Source: the human T2T-CHM13v2.0 reference genome, Homo sapiens. From it: a DNA stretch of 64,000 bases. The notes under the pieces were generated by a model that searched no databases, had not been told where the DNA came from, and was given only the letters and a program-made list of their open reading frames with translations. Positions 1 to 12,332 of this stretch are shown piece by piece. The first letter of the stretch is position 1. The number at the start of each line of letters is the position of its first letter. A program made the translations under genes and the position numbers. The DNA lies in the NCBI RefSeq assembly GCF_009914755.1, contig NC_060939.1. One strand, given 5' to 3'.

Positions 1-420
1 CCTTGACATTTACAATAGCTGGAAGAGCTACTTTGGTGAAACTCCAAAAAATGTGAAATTCTTTTCTTGATGAAAGAGATCCAAAGCCTGTGCTAGGGCT
101 GACAGCAAGGCAGAGGGAGCCTAGAGGAGGGTTGTTATGGGGCTGGAAGCAGGGATGAGGATGAGACCCAGCAAGCGGACACTAAGTGCCTGCACTCTGC
201 TTTGCAGAGAAGAGAAGGGCCAGTAGCTGCCTTCCAATGGGCAAAGAGGACAACTCAGTGTGGGTGTGGGGTCTGTATCTGGTGCTGCTGAGTGCAGATG
301 AAGGGGGAGCTTCCTTCCAGTTTTCCTTGACATATATAAATATGGGACAGACACTCCTACTCTGGAGATAGCTGAACAAAAATCAAGGCGCATTTAGAAC
401 TGACACGCTCATAATTGCAC

Positions 421-782
421 TGTATTAGTCTGTTTTCATGCTGCTGATAAAGACACACCCGCGGCTGGATAATTTGTAAAGAGAAAGAGGTTTAATGGAC
501 TCACAGTTCCACATGACTGGGGAGGCCTCACAATCATGGTAGAAGGTGAAAGGCACATCTTACAGGGCAGTGGACAAGAGGAAATGAGAACGAAGTGAAA
601 GGCGATTCCCCTGATAAAACCATCAGATTTCCTGAGACGTATTCACCACCATGAGAACACTATGGAGAAAACCACCCCCATGATTCAATTATATCCCACT
701 GGGTCCCTCTCACAACACATGGGAATTGTGAGAGCTACAATTCAAGATGAGATTTGGGTGAGGACACAGCCAAACCATAGCA
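421..782 (-). mobile_element. THE1-family MaLR solo LTR
   Basis: TG...CA ends; matches reverse complement of THE1 consensus (tgtattagtctgttttcatgctgct...acacagccaaaccat); exact 5-bp TSD TGCAC at 416-420 and 783-787. Confidence 0.92.
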
Positions 783-810
783 TGCACTGAAGCCAGAATC
801 CCTCCCAGGG

Positions 811-850
811 TTTCTTTGCTCAAGAGACACCTTCTTTGCTCAAGAGACAC
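811..850. repeat. 20-bp tandem duplication (Y-TTCTTTGCTCAAGAGACAC x2)
   Basis: Seen directly; 19/20 identical. Confidence 0.9.
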
Positions 851-2258
851 AGCCTCTCCTAGGCTCCCTTCTGCAGGGCCTGAGCTGTGAGCTTGCTTCC
901 ATTCCTTCCAGTACCTGCCCCAGAGTTTCTCATCTGAAACCTTGCTCTGCCATGAGCTTACCTGCACGTCACCTTCCCACCTCCTCACCCCCAACCCGGG
1001 TTAATTTGAAAGCTACTGTTTCATACTTCGCTCCCTTCTGGTCACAGAAAAAAGGAGGGCACTGGGGCTTGTTCTTGGAGCCAGTTCATTCTCATCTTGT
1101 TTTGTCCATTGTCTCTTCCCACCTGTTTCCCTCTGGATTTTCCATGCTATTGATGGAGATTGTTCCAGTTTCTGTGACAGCGCCAGTCCTCCTCACTCAA
1201 GCCCACCTCAGGACACTGCTGGGTCAAGCCTTGTTAGCTATGTGAACATTGAGACTCTTTCCTGTGCTTCTGCAGAGGTCAGGGAGAAGTGCCTCTGCAA
1301 TACCCACCCCCGGTCTTTTTAGGCTCAACTAAACATTCACACTGGTGACCACATGTCACACTGGTCCTCAGACTCCTTTGGAAAATATAGAATAGGAAAC
1401 ACAGATGCCATCAGAGCAGCATCAGCCTCCTCTCTTCCATGGGAATGGTCCTGGCAGCCTTCCAGACAGCCATCTAGAAACTATTCTCTTTGGTTCTCTA
1501 GGTGACAGCTCAGGTGAGAGGAAATCAGACTGTAACTGGACAAGTGTGGAGACCACTGTGTCTTAGAAGCCTCATGCCCCACTGGAGCCAGTAGCAACTC
1601 CGTAGATGTAACTTTCAGGGTTCTTGCAAAATGTCCCATTATAAGAGTCACTGCACTCAGGGAAGCCTACAGTGTGACATCTCCACCACGTATAGATATA
1701 AACTATAGTTCCTCCCAGTTTAGATGACATTCACCAATCAGGGGTCACTTTGTTATAAACAATGTTGCTACGTAACAATTTATATAATACTATCTTTCTC
1801 AGGTTTCCAGGGGAACAGAGCTAGAAAATTAACAAAAGGTCTAATTCTCATGCAGAAAGGGAAAGAGCTTCATTAGCTATTCAAATGTTGCTTTCCAGAA
1901 GACAGAATGTCCTGGAATCTGAGTAGTCTAGGTAAATCATTGCATAACTTCAGAGCTTGGAATGTCCTGAGAAGCCATCTGGTCTACGCTTTATTTATTA
2001 AATGGGGAAACTGAACCCAGAAAAGGGAAGTGACTTATTCACAGATATGTGATGAATTCATGCAAAATATATGACTGGTCCCCATGGTTCCTGCCTCCTA
2101 TGTCAGGAGGTCTCTCAGCTCTCTAAGGTCTTGCTTTTAGCTCTAACAGAGAGGAGGTAGGGGCCTTAAAGATGCATGGGAGCCCCCTTTTGGCCTGTAG
2201 CATTCTTGCTTGGTGAGGCTGGTAGATGGGAGCAGTGACATCTCTCTGTCCTTGGCAG

Positions 2259-2405
2259 TGGCTGCTGGGTGCCCTGACCAGAGCCCTGAGTTGCAACCCT
2301 GGAACCCTGGCCATGACCAAGACCACCATGTGCATATCGGCCAGGGCAAGACACTGCTGCTCACCTCTTCTGCCACGGTCTATTCCATCCACATCTCAGA
2401 GGGAG
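2259..2405 (+). CDS. CEMIP: CEMIP exon A (147 nt, phase 1-1): VAAGCPDQSPELQPW...SIHISEG, start of G8 domain
   Basis: ttggcag|TG acceptor; GGAG|gtaag donor. Confidence 0.96.
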
Positions 2406-2762
2406 GTAAGCCAATCTCTCTCTGCTGCTCCCTCTTCCCTCCACTGCCCCAGAGCTTAGCAGATAGGATGCAGGTTGCCATGAGCTCAGATGGACAGAAT
2501 AAACATCACATGCTTTGGGTTCATGTTGGCATTTGGTTGTCTGAGATAACCATCAGCTCTGAGCTGTTAGGAATGGCTTGTCGGAGGTCCAATCTTAGTG
2601 AAAGGAGCACTTATCGAGAAAACTCCTTATTGGTGTCTTGAGTAATTCTGTTTATCTTACTTTTAGAGGCCTGGTCATTGAATGCAGTACATGCAGTGAT
2701 GGCATTTGACCAGACAGGCATTATTTACACATTGCAAAGCAGAGAGCATAGAAAAGTAATTA

Positions 2763-3096
2763 CAGCCAGCCATCTATATCTGTGGGTTCTGCTCGTGAAT
2801 TCAACCAATTCGAGGTTGAAAATATTCCAAATAATTTGCACCTGTACCGAACATGTACAGATTTTTCCTTGTCATTATTTCCTTAAAATACAGTTTGACA
2901 ACTATTTATACAGTATTTACATTGAACTAGGTATTATAAGCAATCTAGAGATGATTTCAAGTATATGGGAGGATGTGCATAGGTTAGATGCAAATATGCA
3001 AATACTATGCCATTTAATCAGCGACTGGAGCATCCATGGAGTTTGGTATCTGGGAGGTGCTGGAACCAATTCCCTTCAGATACTGAGGGATGACTT
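2763..3096 (-). mobile_element. MER2 (TcMar-Tigger) MITE
   Basis: Matches recalled MER2 consensus; TA at both flanks. Confidence 0.85.
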
Positions 3097-3253
3097 TACT
3101 TGTAAGTACACCAAGCATAGGAATGTTTGGAAGATGTGCCTTTTTGCCTGCCCCGGTGAGATGGGGAGTGCTTAGGGAGTCTGCCCTTGGCTCTGATATA
3201 ACCTTACCCTTAACACTGTGTTATTAAACCTCCCCCCAATGCTACCTCTTCAG

Positions 3254-3392
3254 GCAAGCTGGTCATTAAAGACCACGACGAGCCGATTGTTTTGCGAACC
3301 CGGCACATCCTGATTGACAACGGAGGAGAGCTGCATGCTGGGAGTGCCCTCTGCCCTTTCCAGGGCAATTTCACCATCATTTTGTATGGAAG
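3254..3392 (+). CDS. CEMIP: CEMIP exon B (139 nt): GKLVIKDHDEPIVLRTRHILIDNGGELHAG...LYGR, G8 domain
   Basis: cttcag|GC acceptor; GAAG|gtgcgt donor. Confidence 0.96.
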
Positions 3393-3964
3393 GTGCGTAG
3401 ACCACTCCTACAGATCAAATGCTACCCATGGATCTGACAAGAGGGAGACTTTCCAAGACAGAGAGAGAGGCAAGAGGGCAAGCTTGCCTGTAAGATAGGA
3501 ATCATTCTGTCCTGCCAGATGGGGATCATGAACAAGACAGACATGGTGATTTGGGAGAGCTGAAGTCCATAAGGCTTGTTATTTATAGTGGCCTGGATGC
3601 TGTACTTGTTTTAGAGACGGGCCTGCCAGCCTTTCAGCCACCTTCCAATCATGTCATGTTCAGGGAGGCTCTGCAAGTGTTTATATAATAGGCTACGATG
3701 GACAAGATACAGGAAAATTCCATGTGGTACTTGCCCCTGGCTGTGTTCCCTCTTTAAACAATTGAGAGTGCTAAGAAGTGAGAGTCAGGAATGCACAAGG
3801 ATATGCAGCGCATGTCCAGGTGATTCCACATCTGATATGGACAAAAATACAAAACACTTAGAACTGAATGGAAAACATGCCAAGTTGTGAACTAATAATT
3901 GGCACGTCTGCTTGGCCCTGAGGGCTTTATTTTGGTCTGGCTTAGGAAGATTGGGTTGCTAATG

Positions 3965-4272
3965 TTTTTGTTGTTATTGTTGTTGTTGTTTTGAGATGGA
4001 ATCTTGCTCTGTGGCCCAGGCTGGAGTGCAGTGGCATGAGCTCAGTTCACCACAACCTCTGCCTCCTGGTTTAAGCAATTCTGGTGCCTCAGCTTCCCAA
4101 ATAGCTGAAACTACAGGCATGTTCCACCACGCCTGGCTGATTCTTGTATCTTTAGTAGAGATGGAGTTTCACCACGTTGGCCAGGCTGGTCTTGAACTCC
4201 TGACCTCAAGTGATCTGCCTGTCTCGGCCTCTCAAAGTGCTGGGATTACAGGCATGAGCCACAAGCCCAGCC
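3965..4272 (-). mobile_element. Alu (antisense) with degenerate (TTG)n tail
   Basis: Full dimeric Alu; TSD-like gctaatgtt/gctagtgtt. Confidence 0.95.
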
Positions 4273-4437
4273 GCTAGTGTTATTTTTACTGACCTCAGGT
4301 GATAAAAGTGTGACTGGCTCTATGGTGGCCGTGGTGGGGGGTCAGGGAGCTGAGCTGTGACTCCTAGGTTCCCTCTGGGTTCAGTATCCAGTAAAGAGAT
4401 GTGTCAGCCAACTCTGGGGAGCTGTTTTCTCTTGCAG

Positions 4438-4674
4438 GGCTGATGAAGGTATTCAGCCGGATCCTTACTATGGTCTGAAGTACATTGGGGTTGGTAAAGG
4501 AGGCGCTCTTGAGTTGCATGGACAGAAAAAGCTCTCCTGGACATTTCTGAACAAGACCCTTCACCCAGGTGGCATGGCAGAAGGAGGCTATTTTTTTGAA
4601 AGGAGCTGGGGCCACCGTGGAGTTATTGTTCATGTCATCGACCCCAAATCAGGCACAGTCATCCATTCTGACCG
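4438..4674 (+). CDS. CEMIP: CEMIP exon C (237 nt): ADEGIQPDPYYGLKYIGVGKGGALELHG...IHSDR, end of G8/start of GG domain
   Basis: cttgcag|GG acceptor; ACCG|gtaag donor. Confidence 0.96.
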
Positions 4675-4699
4675 GTAAGGTTTGCCTTCACTTAAACGT

Positions 4700-5460
4700 A
4701 TACTCATTCATTCAAAGTACACTTATTGAGTGTGCTCCCTGGCCAGGTGCCGCTCTAGGTGCTGGGAGAACAGCAGTGAATGAAACAGATGGGAATCCCT
4801 GCCTTCAAGGAGTTCTGTCCTTCCCCAGGCATTGGCCTAATGATGCTGAATTGAAGAGGAGCAAGCATGCACACATATGTACATACAACGTAGTTTCAGA
4901 TTGTGATAATTGGTAGTAAGGGGGAAAAAAGACAGAGTGAGATGCTAGAGTGTAACTAGGGAAGACCACTTTGGATAGGGTGGTCAGGGAAAGGCAGTGT
5001 AAGGATGCAACATTTGAGCTGAGAAATGAAGGGTGAGGATATGTCAGGGAAAGAGTGTTCAAGACAGACAGCAAGTGCAGAAGGCCGGAGGTATGAAAGG
5101 GCATGACATTCTCAAACGATGGAAAGGCCACCAGAGTTGTGGGAGCACAGCGAGTGGCGGAAGAGCAGCATGCAATCACATGGGAGTTACAAATGGGGGC
5201 GGGACAGGACCTCGGAGGCTGCGGTAAGGACGTGGGTTTTCTTCTAAGTGGGATGCAAAGTCACTGAAAGTCTTTAAGAAGAGCATGATCTGATTTAAAA
5301 GTACCTTCTGGCTGTAGAGAATGGTTTTAATTGTGAGGCAAAAGCAAAGATGGTGCAGGGGGTTAGGAAGCTTCTGCTGTGGTCTAGGCAAGACATGGCA
5401 GTGATGAGGACCCAGAAGGAACGGCGGCTAGTGGATGTACCTGAGAGATGTTTGGAAGGC
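4700..5460 (-). mobile_element. L2 3' fragment(s)
   Basis: cattcattca...ttattgagtg...ggtgctgggagaacagcagtgaa L2 3' end signature; boundaries approximate. Confidence 0.65.
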
Positions 5461-5799
5461 AGCATGGGCAGGTGTAAGCTGGCAGATGCTGCCAAGGCTG
5501 GACCTGCCCTGCAGTCCCAGGAGCTCTCATCCTGGCCCTTTAGAGGGAAGGACAGAGGTGGGGTAGACAAACAGAGACAGAGCTACCCTGGGGCTGCTGG
5601 GGAAGGGAGACAGGCATTCCTCAAGAACAGGGCCCGAGCTGTGGGTGTCACCATGAAGGCAGCAGGAGCCAGCTACGGTCAGGGGCAGGGTGGGCAGGAG
5701 CTGAAGTGCTTGCTGGTGCTCACAGACACCCAACCTTGCCGGTAAACATTAGTACCTATAACAGTCACTGGACTTTCTCCCCGTAAAACACTGTTCATC

Positions 5800-5960
5800 A
5801 CTTTACCTGTCAAATATACTTCAATCTTCATCAAAATTCTGTGAGGCAAGTTCTGTTATTATCTACCTTGTAGAGATGAAAGCACTGAGGCTCACAGGGC
5901 TAAATTTACTCAGTCACAAGGTTGGAAAGTGTTGGAGATGGGATTCAAACCCAGGTGTGC
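5800..5960 (-). mobile_element. MIR
   Basis: MIR core gatgaaagcactgaggctcacag...ggattcaaacccagg. Confidence 0.7.
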
Positions 5961-6286
5961 CTGTATCACCTCCACGGATAACGGCTGACACCTTGATTGA
6001 CACAAAGTATGTCAGGGAGCCCCTGCCTTCACACTAGAGAGGATGTCCTCTTCAATTGTGTGCTGATCTTTTTGGTGCTGTTTCTTAAGTACAACAGTGT
6101 TACTTGAAGAGATCCAACTTAAAGTTTATTTACTGACCTGTTAGTGAGAAGTGATCTGGACAGATGCTGTAGAGATGGCAAGGACAGAATGTCTGCTTGT
6201 TCCGAATATCTTTTGCTTAAAGTATATGTTGGAGATCTCAATAATCTGATAGATGAATGTGTATGAGTAAAGATAATAAGCGCATG

Positions 6287-6330
6287 CACACACATACACA
6301 CACACACACACACACACATACACACACACA
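6287..6330. repeat. (CA)n microsatellite, imperfect
   Basis: Seen directly. Confidence 0.95.
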
Positions 6331-6869
6331 AGTAAATGCAGGCAAAAGTCATCTGAGAAGGTTACTTAGAGAAGCAGGAACTTAGGTCAGCTTTTGAAAG
6401 GTAGTAGGTGCTTGATCAGGTACAGAAAAGGTGGGAAGGAATGATGAAGACAGGAGTGGGCGGGTGAGGTGGTCACTGGGCACTGAGAAGCACTAGGCTT
6501 GCAGCAGGAGCTTCCTGGGGAGGGTCAGTGGAGGGTGCGAGGTTAGGTGGGGCTGGACCAGATTGTGCCAACAGTTGGAAACAAGTGTGAGGACCCAGGA
6601 GCAGCTATCCAGCTACCACCGGTACCAACATTGTTTTTCTTTTCCAAAAACCTCCTTAGATTACTTTCCCAGATTCATTTTAGAACTATTTTCCTTAAGT
6701 TCCAAGACATACTCTTTAGGAATTTCTACTGTAATTGCATAAAATCTTTATCCTTACATGGGGAAGAGTTGGAATCATTACAAAATTGTGTCTTTGCTTT
6801 GTAAATTATTCTCACCAGGGGTATAGATTTTGTGTGTGTGATTTGTATTTCATGGATATTTTACGTGTA

Positions 6870-7035
6870 TGAGGGCAGGTTATCAGTCAATTTGGAGATT
6901 ATTAGTTCTTGCTATTATAAGAGATCTGCTGTCTAACATTGCAAAATACTGGATAGTACACTTAAAATTTTAAGAGGGTAGATCTCAAGGTAAGTGTTCT
7001 TACCACAATAAAGTAAAATAATTTTTAAAAAATAA
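6870..7035 (+). mobile_element. Old L1M 3' end fragment
   Basis: taagagggtagatctc...aagtgttcttaccacaataaa followed by A-rich tail; approximate. Confidence 0.65.
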
Positions 7036-7710
7036 ACAGGAGAAAATAGCAATGCAACAACATTTACAATACTCAAATGTTATATGACTGCTACTGTGTG
7101 AATCAGAGATTACATTTTAATGATTCTAAGATGCATTATCATAAGAATCATTAACAGGTCAATAAATAAACTTTAAGTTGGATCTCTGCAAGTAACTCTG
7201 TGCAAGCTGCTCTAGGGGTGGGAGAAGGGATTTGGGATAGTCTCCATGTCATTTCCAAGAATTCTGGGATTGGTGTTTTACTCGGATCAGAGATATAAAT
7301 TCCTAATGCCCTAGCTATCTGAACTATCTCCTAAAGTCAGGCTCTTCCAAGAGGCATGATCCTCTGCCTCCAGGATGAAAGGGGAACATCAAAAGGCCTA
7401 GACCTCAAGTATGTGACCCACTCAACATCCTGGAGCTTGAAGTCTTCACTGCTGCAATCATTTCTTTGGCATTTTACTCAGCGAATGAACATTATGGTCA
7501 AGTCAAAACCCTTCTTCTTGGATATCACTGTATGGTATGCAAAATAATGAAACTTGTTTGCTCTTTAAAGAAAAGGCTTCCTTCTTTAAGAATCACAGCC
7601 CTGGGATCATCGGATAGCATGTTAGCTGTCGCAGCACAGGCATGTGCTTAGAGCTCTTTGTTTTGGCTGCGGTCAAGACTATTCAGATCTCTTCTCTCTG
7701 CCCTTTTTAG

Positions 7711-7890
7711 GTTTGACACCTATAGATCCAAGAAAGAGAGTGAACGTCTGGTCCAGTATTTGAACGCGGTGCCCGATGGCAGGATCCTTTCTGTTGCAGT
7801 GAATGATGAAGGTTCTCGAAATCTGGATGACATGGCCAGGAAGGCGATGACCAAATTGGGAAGCAAACACTTCCTGCACCTTGGATTTAG
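7711..7890 (+). CDS. CEMIP: CEMIP exon D (180 nt): FDTYRSKKESERLVQYLNAVPDGRILSVAVNDEGS...HLGFR, GG domain
   Basis: tttttag|G acceptor; TTAG|gtact donor. Confidence 0.96.
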
Positions 7891-8438
7891 GTACTGCCCC
7901 TCACTTCGGCTTCCACTGGGCTCTGGAACATTGAAGCCACTCTATCCCACTGAGAATTTACCTTTCCCATCTCCTCTCCCCACAGCCGTACCATCCTAAA
8001 TGACCTAGTGGATGCAGGCATTTGCATTTGACATCTGAGTTTGGCATATTTGGGAATTGTTCTTAAAGAATGCTTGTTTTTTCTTACAAGCATAGTTCAC
8101 TCAAAACAAACAAAAGCTCGCTGTTTATATGAACTCATTCATTCAGTCGGCCACTTACAAAATATTAAGTGAGCATCTACTGTGTGTAAGAGCCATGCCT
8201 CCAATGCACAGCTAATATTCATTTTCTCTTTCTTTGGTAAAGAGGTCATGTCATGGCTTGGGGTTTTTCAGAGATTATGTGAAGTGTCTCTGCTGAGGCA
8301 AATGACCAAGGAGAAGCAACCCTTTGACATGATCTAATATGTGTTTTGTTTGCCTTGGAGTGCAGCATCATGCCTGACATTGGCATGCACACACATTGAC
8401 ACTAAGAGGAAGCTGTTTGCCCCACAGTAAACAATGCC

Positions 8439-8662
8439 TTTTTTAAAAATTTAATTTAATTTAAAGTTCCAGGATACATATGCAGGACGTGCTTGTTTGT
8501 TACCTAGGTAAACGTGTGCCGCAATGGTTTGCTGCACCTATCAACCTATCACCCCGGTATTAAGCCCAGCATCCACTAGCTATTTGTCCTGATCCTCTCC
8601 CTCCCTCTGCCCCTCGCCCCTGCCAAGCCCCAGTGTGTGTTGTTCCCCTCCCTGTGTCCATG
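8439..8662 (-). mobile_element. L1PA 3' UTR end (5'-truncated)
   Basis: aagttccaggatacatatgcaggacgtgc...gctgcacctatcaacc...tgttcccctccctgtgtccatg; T-rich tail. Confidence 0.9.
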
Positions 8663-9109
8663 GTAAGCACACCTTTTTATCATGTTGAATCAAATCTCAG
8701 CTCAGTGGAAAGTTGAGGTTATCTGTCCCATGGCTGTTTAGAGATTACGATGCTCCTCCCTTCAGCTTCCCACATCTGGGAGCAAGATCAGAGGGAAGCC
8801 AGAGACTTTTCTGGGCTTGGAGCAAAGCAATTTTGCTGGCTGGGCAGAAATTCCCTGGGCAAGGGAGGGGTGCTCCAGGTTCCAGAGTGCATTTTCCGAC
8901 AGCCCAGAGACTACTTCTTCTGGACGGGAAATTCAAGCAGGAAACTTAAGCAGCCAAAGATGACAATGACACCTTGGCATTGCAAGCCTCCTTTGTTAGC
9001 AAACACTAAGTGCACTTCCATTCTGTTGTTTTATAAACCAAAAGGCCAGTTTATTAATTTACAGTGAGAGTTAGAAACACCAGGAAACTGACTATTTACG
9101 GCCTCAGCA

Positions 9110-9360
9110 GAAGAAGAAAGTGGCTAAGGGCCCAAGATCTGGCATCCAGTGGCCTGAGTTTGAGTCTGGGTTGCACCTTCCAGGAGGTGTGACTGCAGGC
9201 AAGTGACTCATTCTCTTTGCCTGGTCCTGCATCTGTAAAATGGGATATACGAGGAGCTATCTCAAGGGACTATAGGACCATTAAATGTGATAATATGAAC
9301 AAAATATTTGTCATCATGTCTGGCACAGAATAAGCACTCCATAAATGTTAGCAACTATTT
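9110..9360 (+). mobile_element. MIR
   Basis: catctgtaaaatggg core, aagcactccataaatgttagc 3' end. Confidence 0.7.
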
Positions 9361-10083
9361 TCTCCTTATAAGCAAGAGCCACTGGAAAGGTGGGCACTCG
9401 CCGTCTTTTGCCAGGGCTGTTCACATGGGCAAAGGAGATACATAGGTGGGAATTACATGTCCACACCTCATTTGTATAGAGACATTCTTTGAGTGATAAA
9501 CTTGAAGCATCTAAAATCAGTAGGAGAACTGAGACTTGGACCCTTCATTTGTTCACCCATTCAGGAAATGAACACATACTGGTGGGAGGTACTCGGTTAG
9601 ACCAGGTGTCCTGAACTCTTGGGGGAAGGCAGGTATGAATGGAAATTGGTGATGGGGCATGAGAGAGCAAGAGAGTGGGCAAGTGTAGTTTAGTGCAGAC
9701 GAACACATGAGGATGAGGCCAAGCTGGTTCCCATAGAGAGATCAGCAGCTTCGGAGGCCCAGGGGCAAAAGCATGCCTCTCCCAAAGAAGGTGGGGATGG
9801 CGAGGCAGTGGCAGTATATGAGAGAGGCAAGGGGTGAGAGGTGAGGCTGGAGGGGGGCGGGGGCAAAGGACCTTCGAATCTGTGCCAAGGAGCTTGGATT
9901 TTATCCAAAGGGCAATGGGGAGCTACTGAAGGATTTAAGCAGGAAAGTGGACAGTTAAATCCCCAACCTCAGTTAAACACCGTTCAATAGTGATTCATTT
10001 TCCAAGACAAGAGATCAAAACAAGAATAATGAGAGCTATTCAGCACCAAAATCGATTGATAGCTTATAGTAAGAGAGGGCTAC

Positions 10084-10571
10084 TGTAGGGGGGGAAAATC
10101 TCTTTCCTTCTACTCTTCTAAGTTCTTGACTGGAGCACCTGCAACAAATCACTGATTAACAGGAGAAAAGCACACAAATGTATTTCAGATAGTAAGTTTT
10201 AAACGACATGGGAGCCTTCATAAGGAAACGAGGACCCAAATACACAGTTAAACCTGAGTGTCTGTACACGAGGTTTGATGAAGTGGAGAGCTGTGGGAAA
10301 ATGTGGTAGGACAAGGGGCTTGAGTTAAACACAGTAAACAGGGGAAATTTAGCAAGGTCTCTGTTCCTTCAGATTCCTCTTGGCTTCCTTCTGTGTTTGG
10401 GGATAAGGATGCTCTTTTTCTCAGAATAAGGAAGGCCCTCTCACATAAGGGTCTTAGACCTGCTTCAGGGGAAAGTCAGAAACTCCTTCCTGCCATTTCA
10501 CAAATTCCTTGAGCTTGAAATATTCAATATGCCAAGTTGCCATTTTGGGGGGTAGCGTCTCCTGAACTTCA
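10084..10571 (-). mobile_element. ERV1-class solo LTR (MER34/MER31-like; subfamily uncertain)
   Basis: TG...CA, about 490 bp; end region aatatgccaag...ttttgggg...cctgaac typical of this LTR group; near-TSD ctac/ttac. Confidence 0.7.
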
Positions 10572-11229
10572 TTACTGCATTAGGCATTACGCAAAATGCC
10601 TAAAACAAAATGGGGTAAGAAAACCTTGCTGCCCTAAAGCAGCACGTGCTTTCATGGAGGAATGATGGATGTACAATTTTTCAAAACCTTAAGCCTTTTT
10701 TTGCTTCCCTCCCCATTAAGAAGAAGAGAGATTTCTCTCCTTTCCACGGCCCAAGGCAGATGGCTAGGGCAGTCAGTCATGTTAGCCTCTGGTATTTTCC
10801 TCGAGCTCAACTCTAGGGCAGCTGAGCATGAGAGAAATAACCTTTCTCTCTTGGAACATGTTTTCCTGAAGGTATCCAAGCATTTGCTTCAGGACATAAT
10901 TGAGCCTGGCGGGTGGTATGGTAGGTCTGTTGGCTTGTTTGTTTATTTGTGATTCATGCTCCCATCTTCTGCCAGAATGGAGCTGAAGAGGCTCACAGGG
11001 AGCAAACATCAGGCAGGCCAGGGAGCGAGAAAGCCCAGAGGAGTGCTTGCAAAGAAAGGTGCTTCTTCTGGAGAAGAGAAGCCCAGCAAGTGAATGAATT
11101 TCCCCCAAACAGCAGGGAGGGACCCTCCTTCACCTGACGCTGCTTCAACTCTGCCCCATCCCCCCACACTCTGTGCAGGTACAGACTCGTGCAGAACTTT
11201 ACTTTTTGTTATGTTTTTCTTTTTTTCAG

Positions 11230-11300
11230 ACACCCTTGGAGTTTTCTAACTGTGAAAGGAAATCCATCATCTTCAGTGGAAGACCATATTGAATATCATG
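11230..11300 (+). CDS. CEMIP: CEMIP exon E (71 nt): HPWSFLTVKGNPSSSVEDHIEYH
   Basis: long T tract ttttcag|A; CATG|gtaat donor. Confidence 0.95.
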
Positions 11301-11616
11301 GTAATACATAGCTGGCTGGAGGCCTGATTCCCTCCAGTGTCTCTCTGATCAAGAGGTGCAGGGCTTTTCTGAACATCTCACTTTTCTCAGAGCATGGCTT
11401 CCCAGCTCCCAATGTCTAGATGAGTGAGCAGCCGCTTAACTGGCCACCTTACATGGAAGTGGCAAAGGCCAATGCTGGCCAAAGGCCCATCACTTGCAGT
11501 AATATTTCCCTTTTCATGGAAATCTTCACTGACTTAATCAAAAACCTAGAATTGGCATAGAAAAGATAAGAACTGAGATAGAGCCAGCAGGGGTGGTATT
11601 TTAAGAGCTAAAACGA

Positions 11617-11870
11617 GGCTGGGTGTGGTGGCTCACGCTTGTAATCCCAGCATTTTGGGAGGCCGAGGCGGGTGGATCACTTGAGGTCAGGAGTTCGAAA
11701 CCACCCTGGCCAATATGGTAAAACCGTGTCTCTACTAAAATTACAACAAAAAAAAGAATTAGCCAGGCATGGTGGTGGGCACCTGTAGTCCCAGCTACTT
11801 GGGAGGAGATTGCACCACTGCACTCCAGCCTGAGCAACAGAGACCCCGTCTCAAAAAAATTTAAAAAAAA
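11617..11870 (+). mobile_element. Alu with about 50-bp internal deletion in right arm
   Basis: TSD aagagctaaaacga/aagagctaaagcga. Confidence 0.95.
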
Positions 11871-12236
11871 AGAGCTAAAGCGACACTTTAGATGGGCCTT
11901 CAGGACACAGTAGTAGCCTCCTTTGCCCAGCAAAGGCTGCGGGAAGCGCTGCAGTTCTAATGCCAAGGAGGAATTCAGACCGTGAGACATGCTAGAGCTC
12001 TGCAATCTGAATTTGTTGGGAGGCTGGAACTAAACTTTCAAAACTGAAACAAAAGAATGGATGATCATCTCTTCCCAAGTGAATGAATGTCCTAATTTTC
12101 TTTTATTTACTTAAAAAATATTTTTAAAGAAATGAGTCAATGCCCATGTGCGTAGGGGGGTTTCCTTGCCTTGGAGTCACAACTTTTTGAATTTGGGGGT
12201 CTGTCCAGCTCCTAAAGGGTCTCGTTTCTCTGACAG

Positions 12237-12332
12237 GACATCGAGGCTCTGCTGCTGCCCGGGTATTCAAATTGTTCCAGACAGAGCATGGCGAATATTT
12301 CAATGTTTCTTTGTCCAGTGAGTGGGTTCAAG
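12237..12332 (+). CDS. CEMIP: CEMIP exon F (96 nt, phase 1-1): GHRGSAAARVFKLFQTEHGEYFNVSLSSEWVQ
   Basis: tgacag|GA acceptor; CAAG|gtgag donor. Confidence 0.95.

Noticed and set aside
5587-5625. Intronic frame reads PGAAGEGRQAFLK, resembling the recalled CEMIP N-terminus MGAAGRQDFLFK
   Set aside because: No ATG, needs two gaps in 13 codons, no following hydrophobic signal segment; compatible with chance
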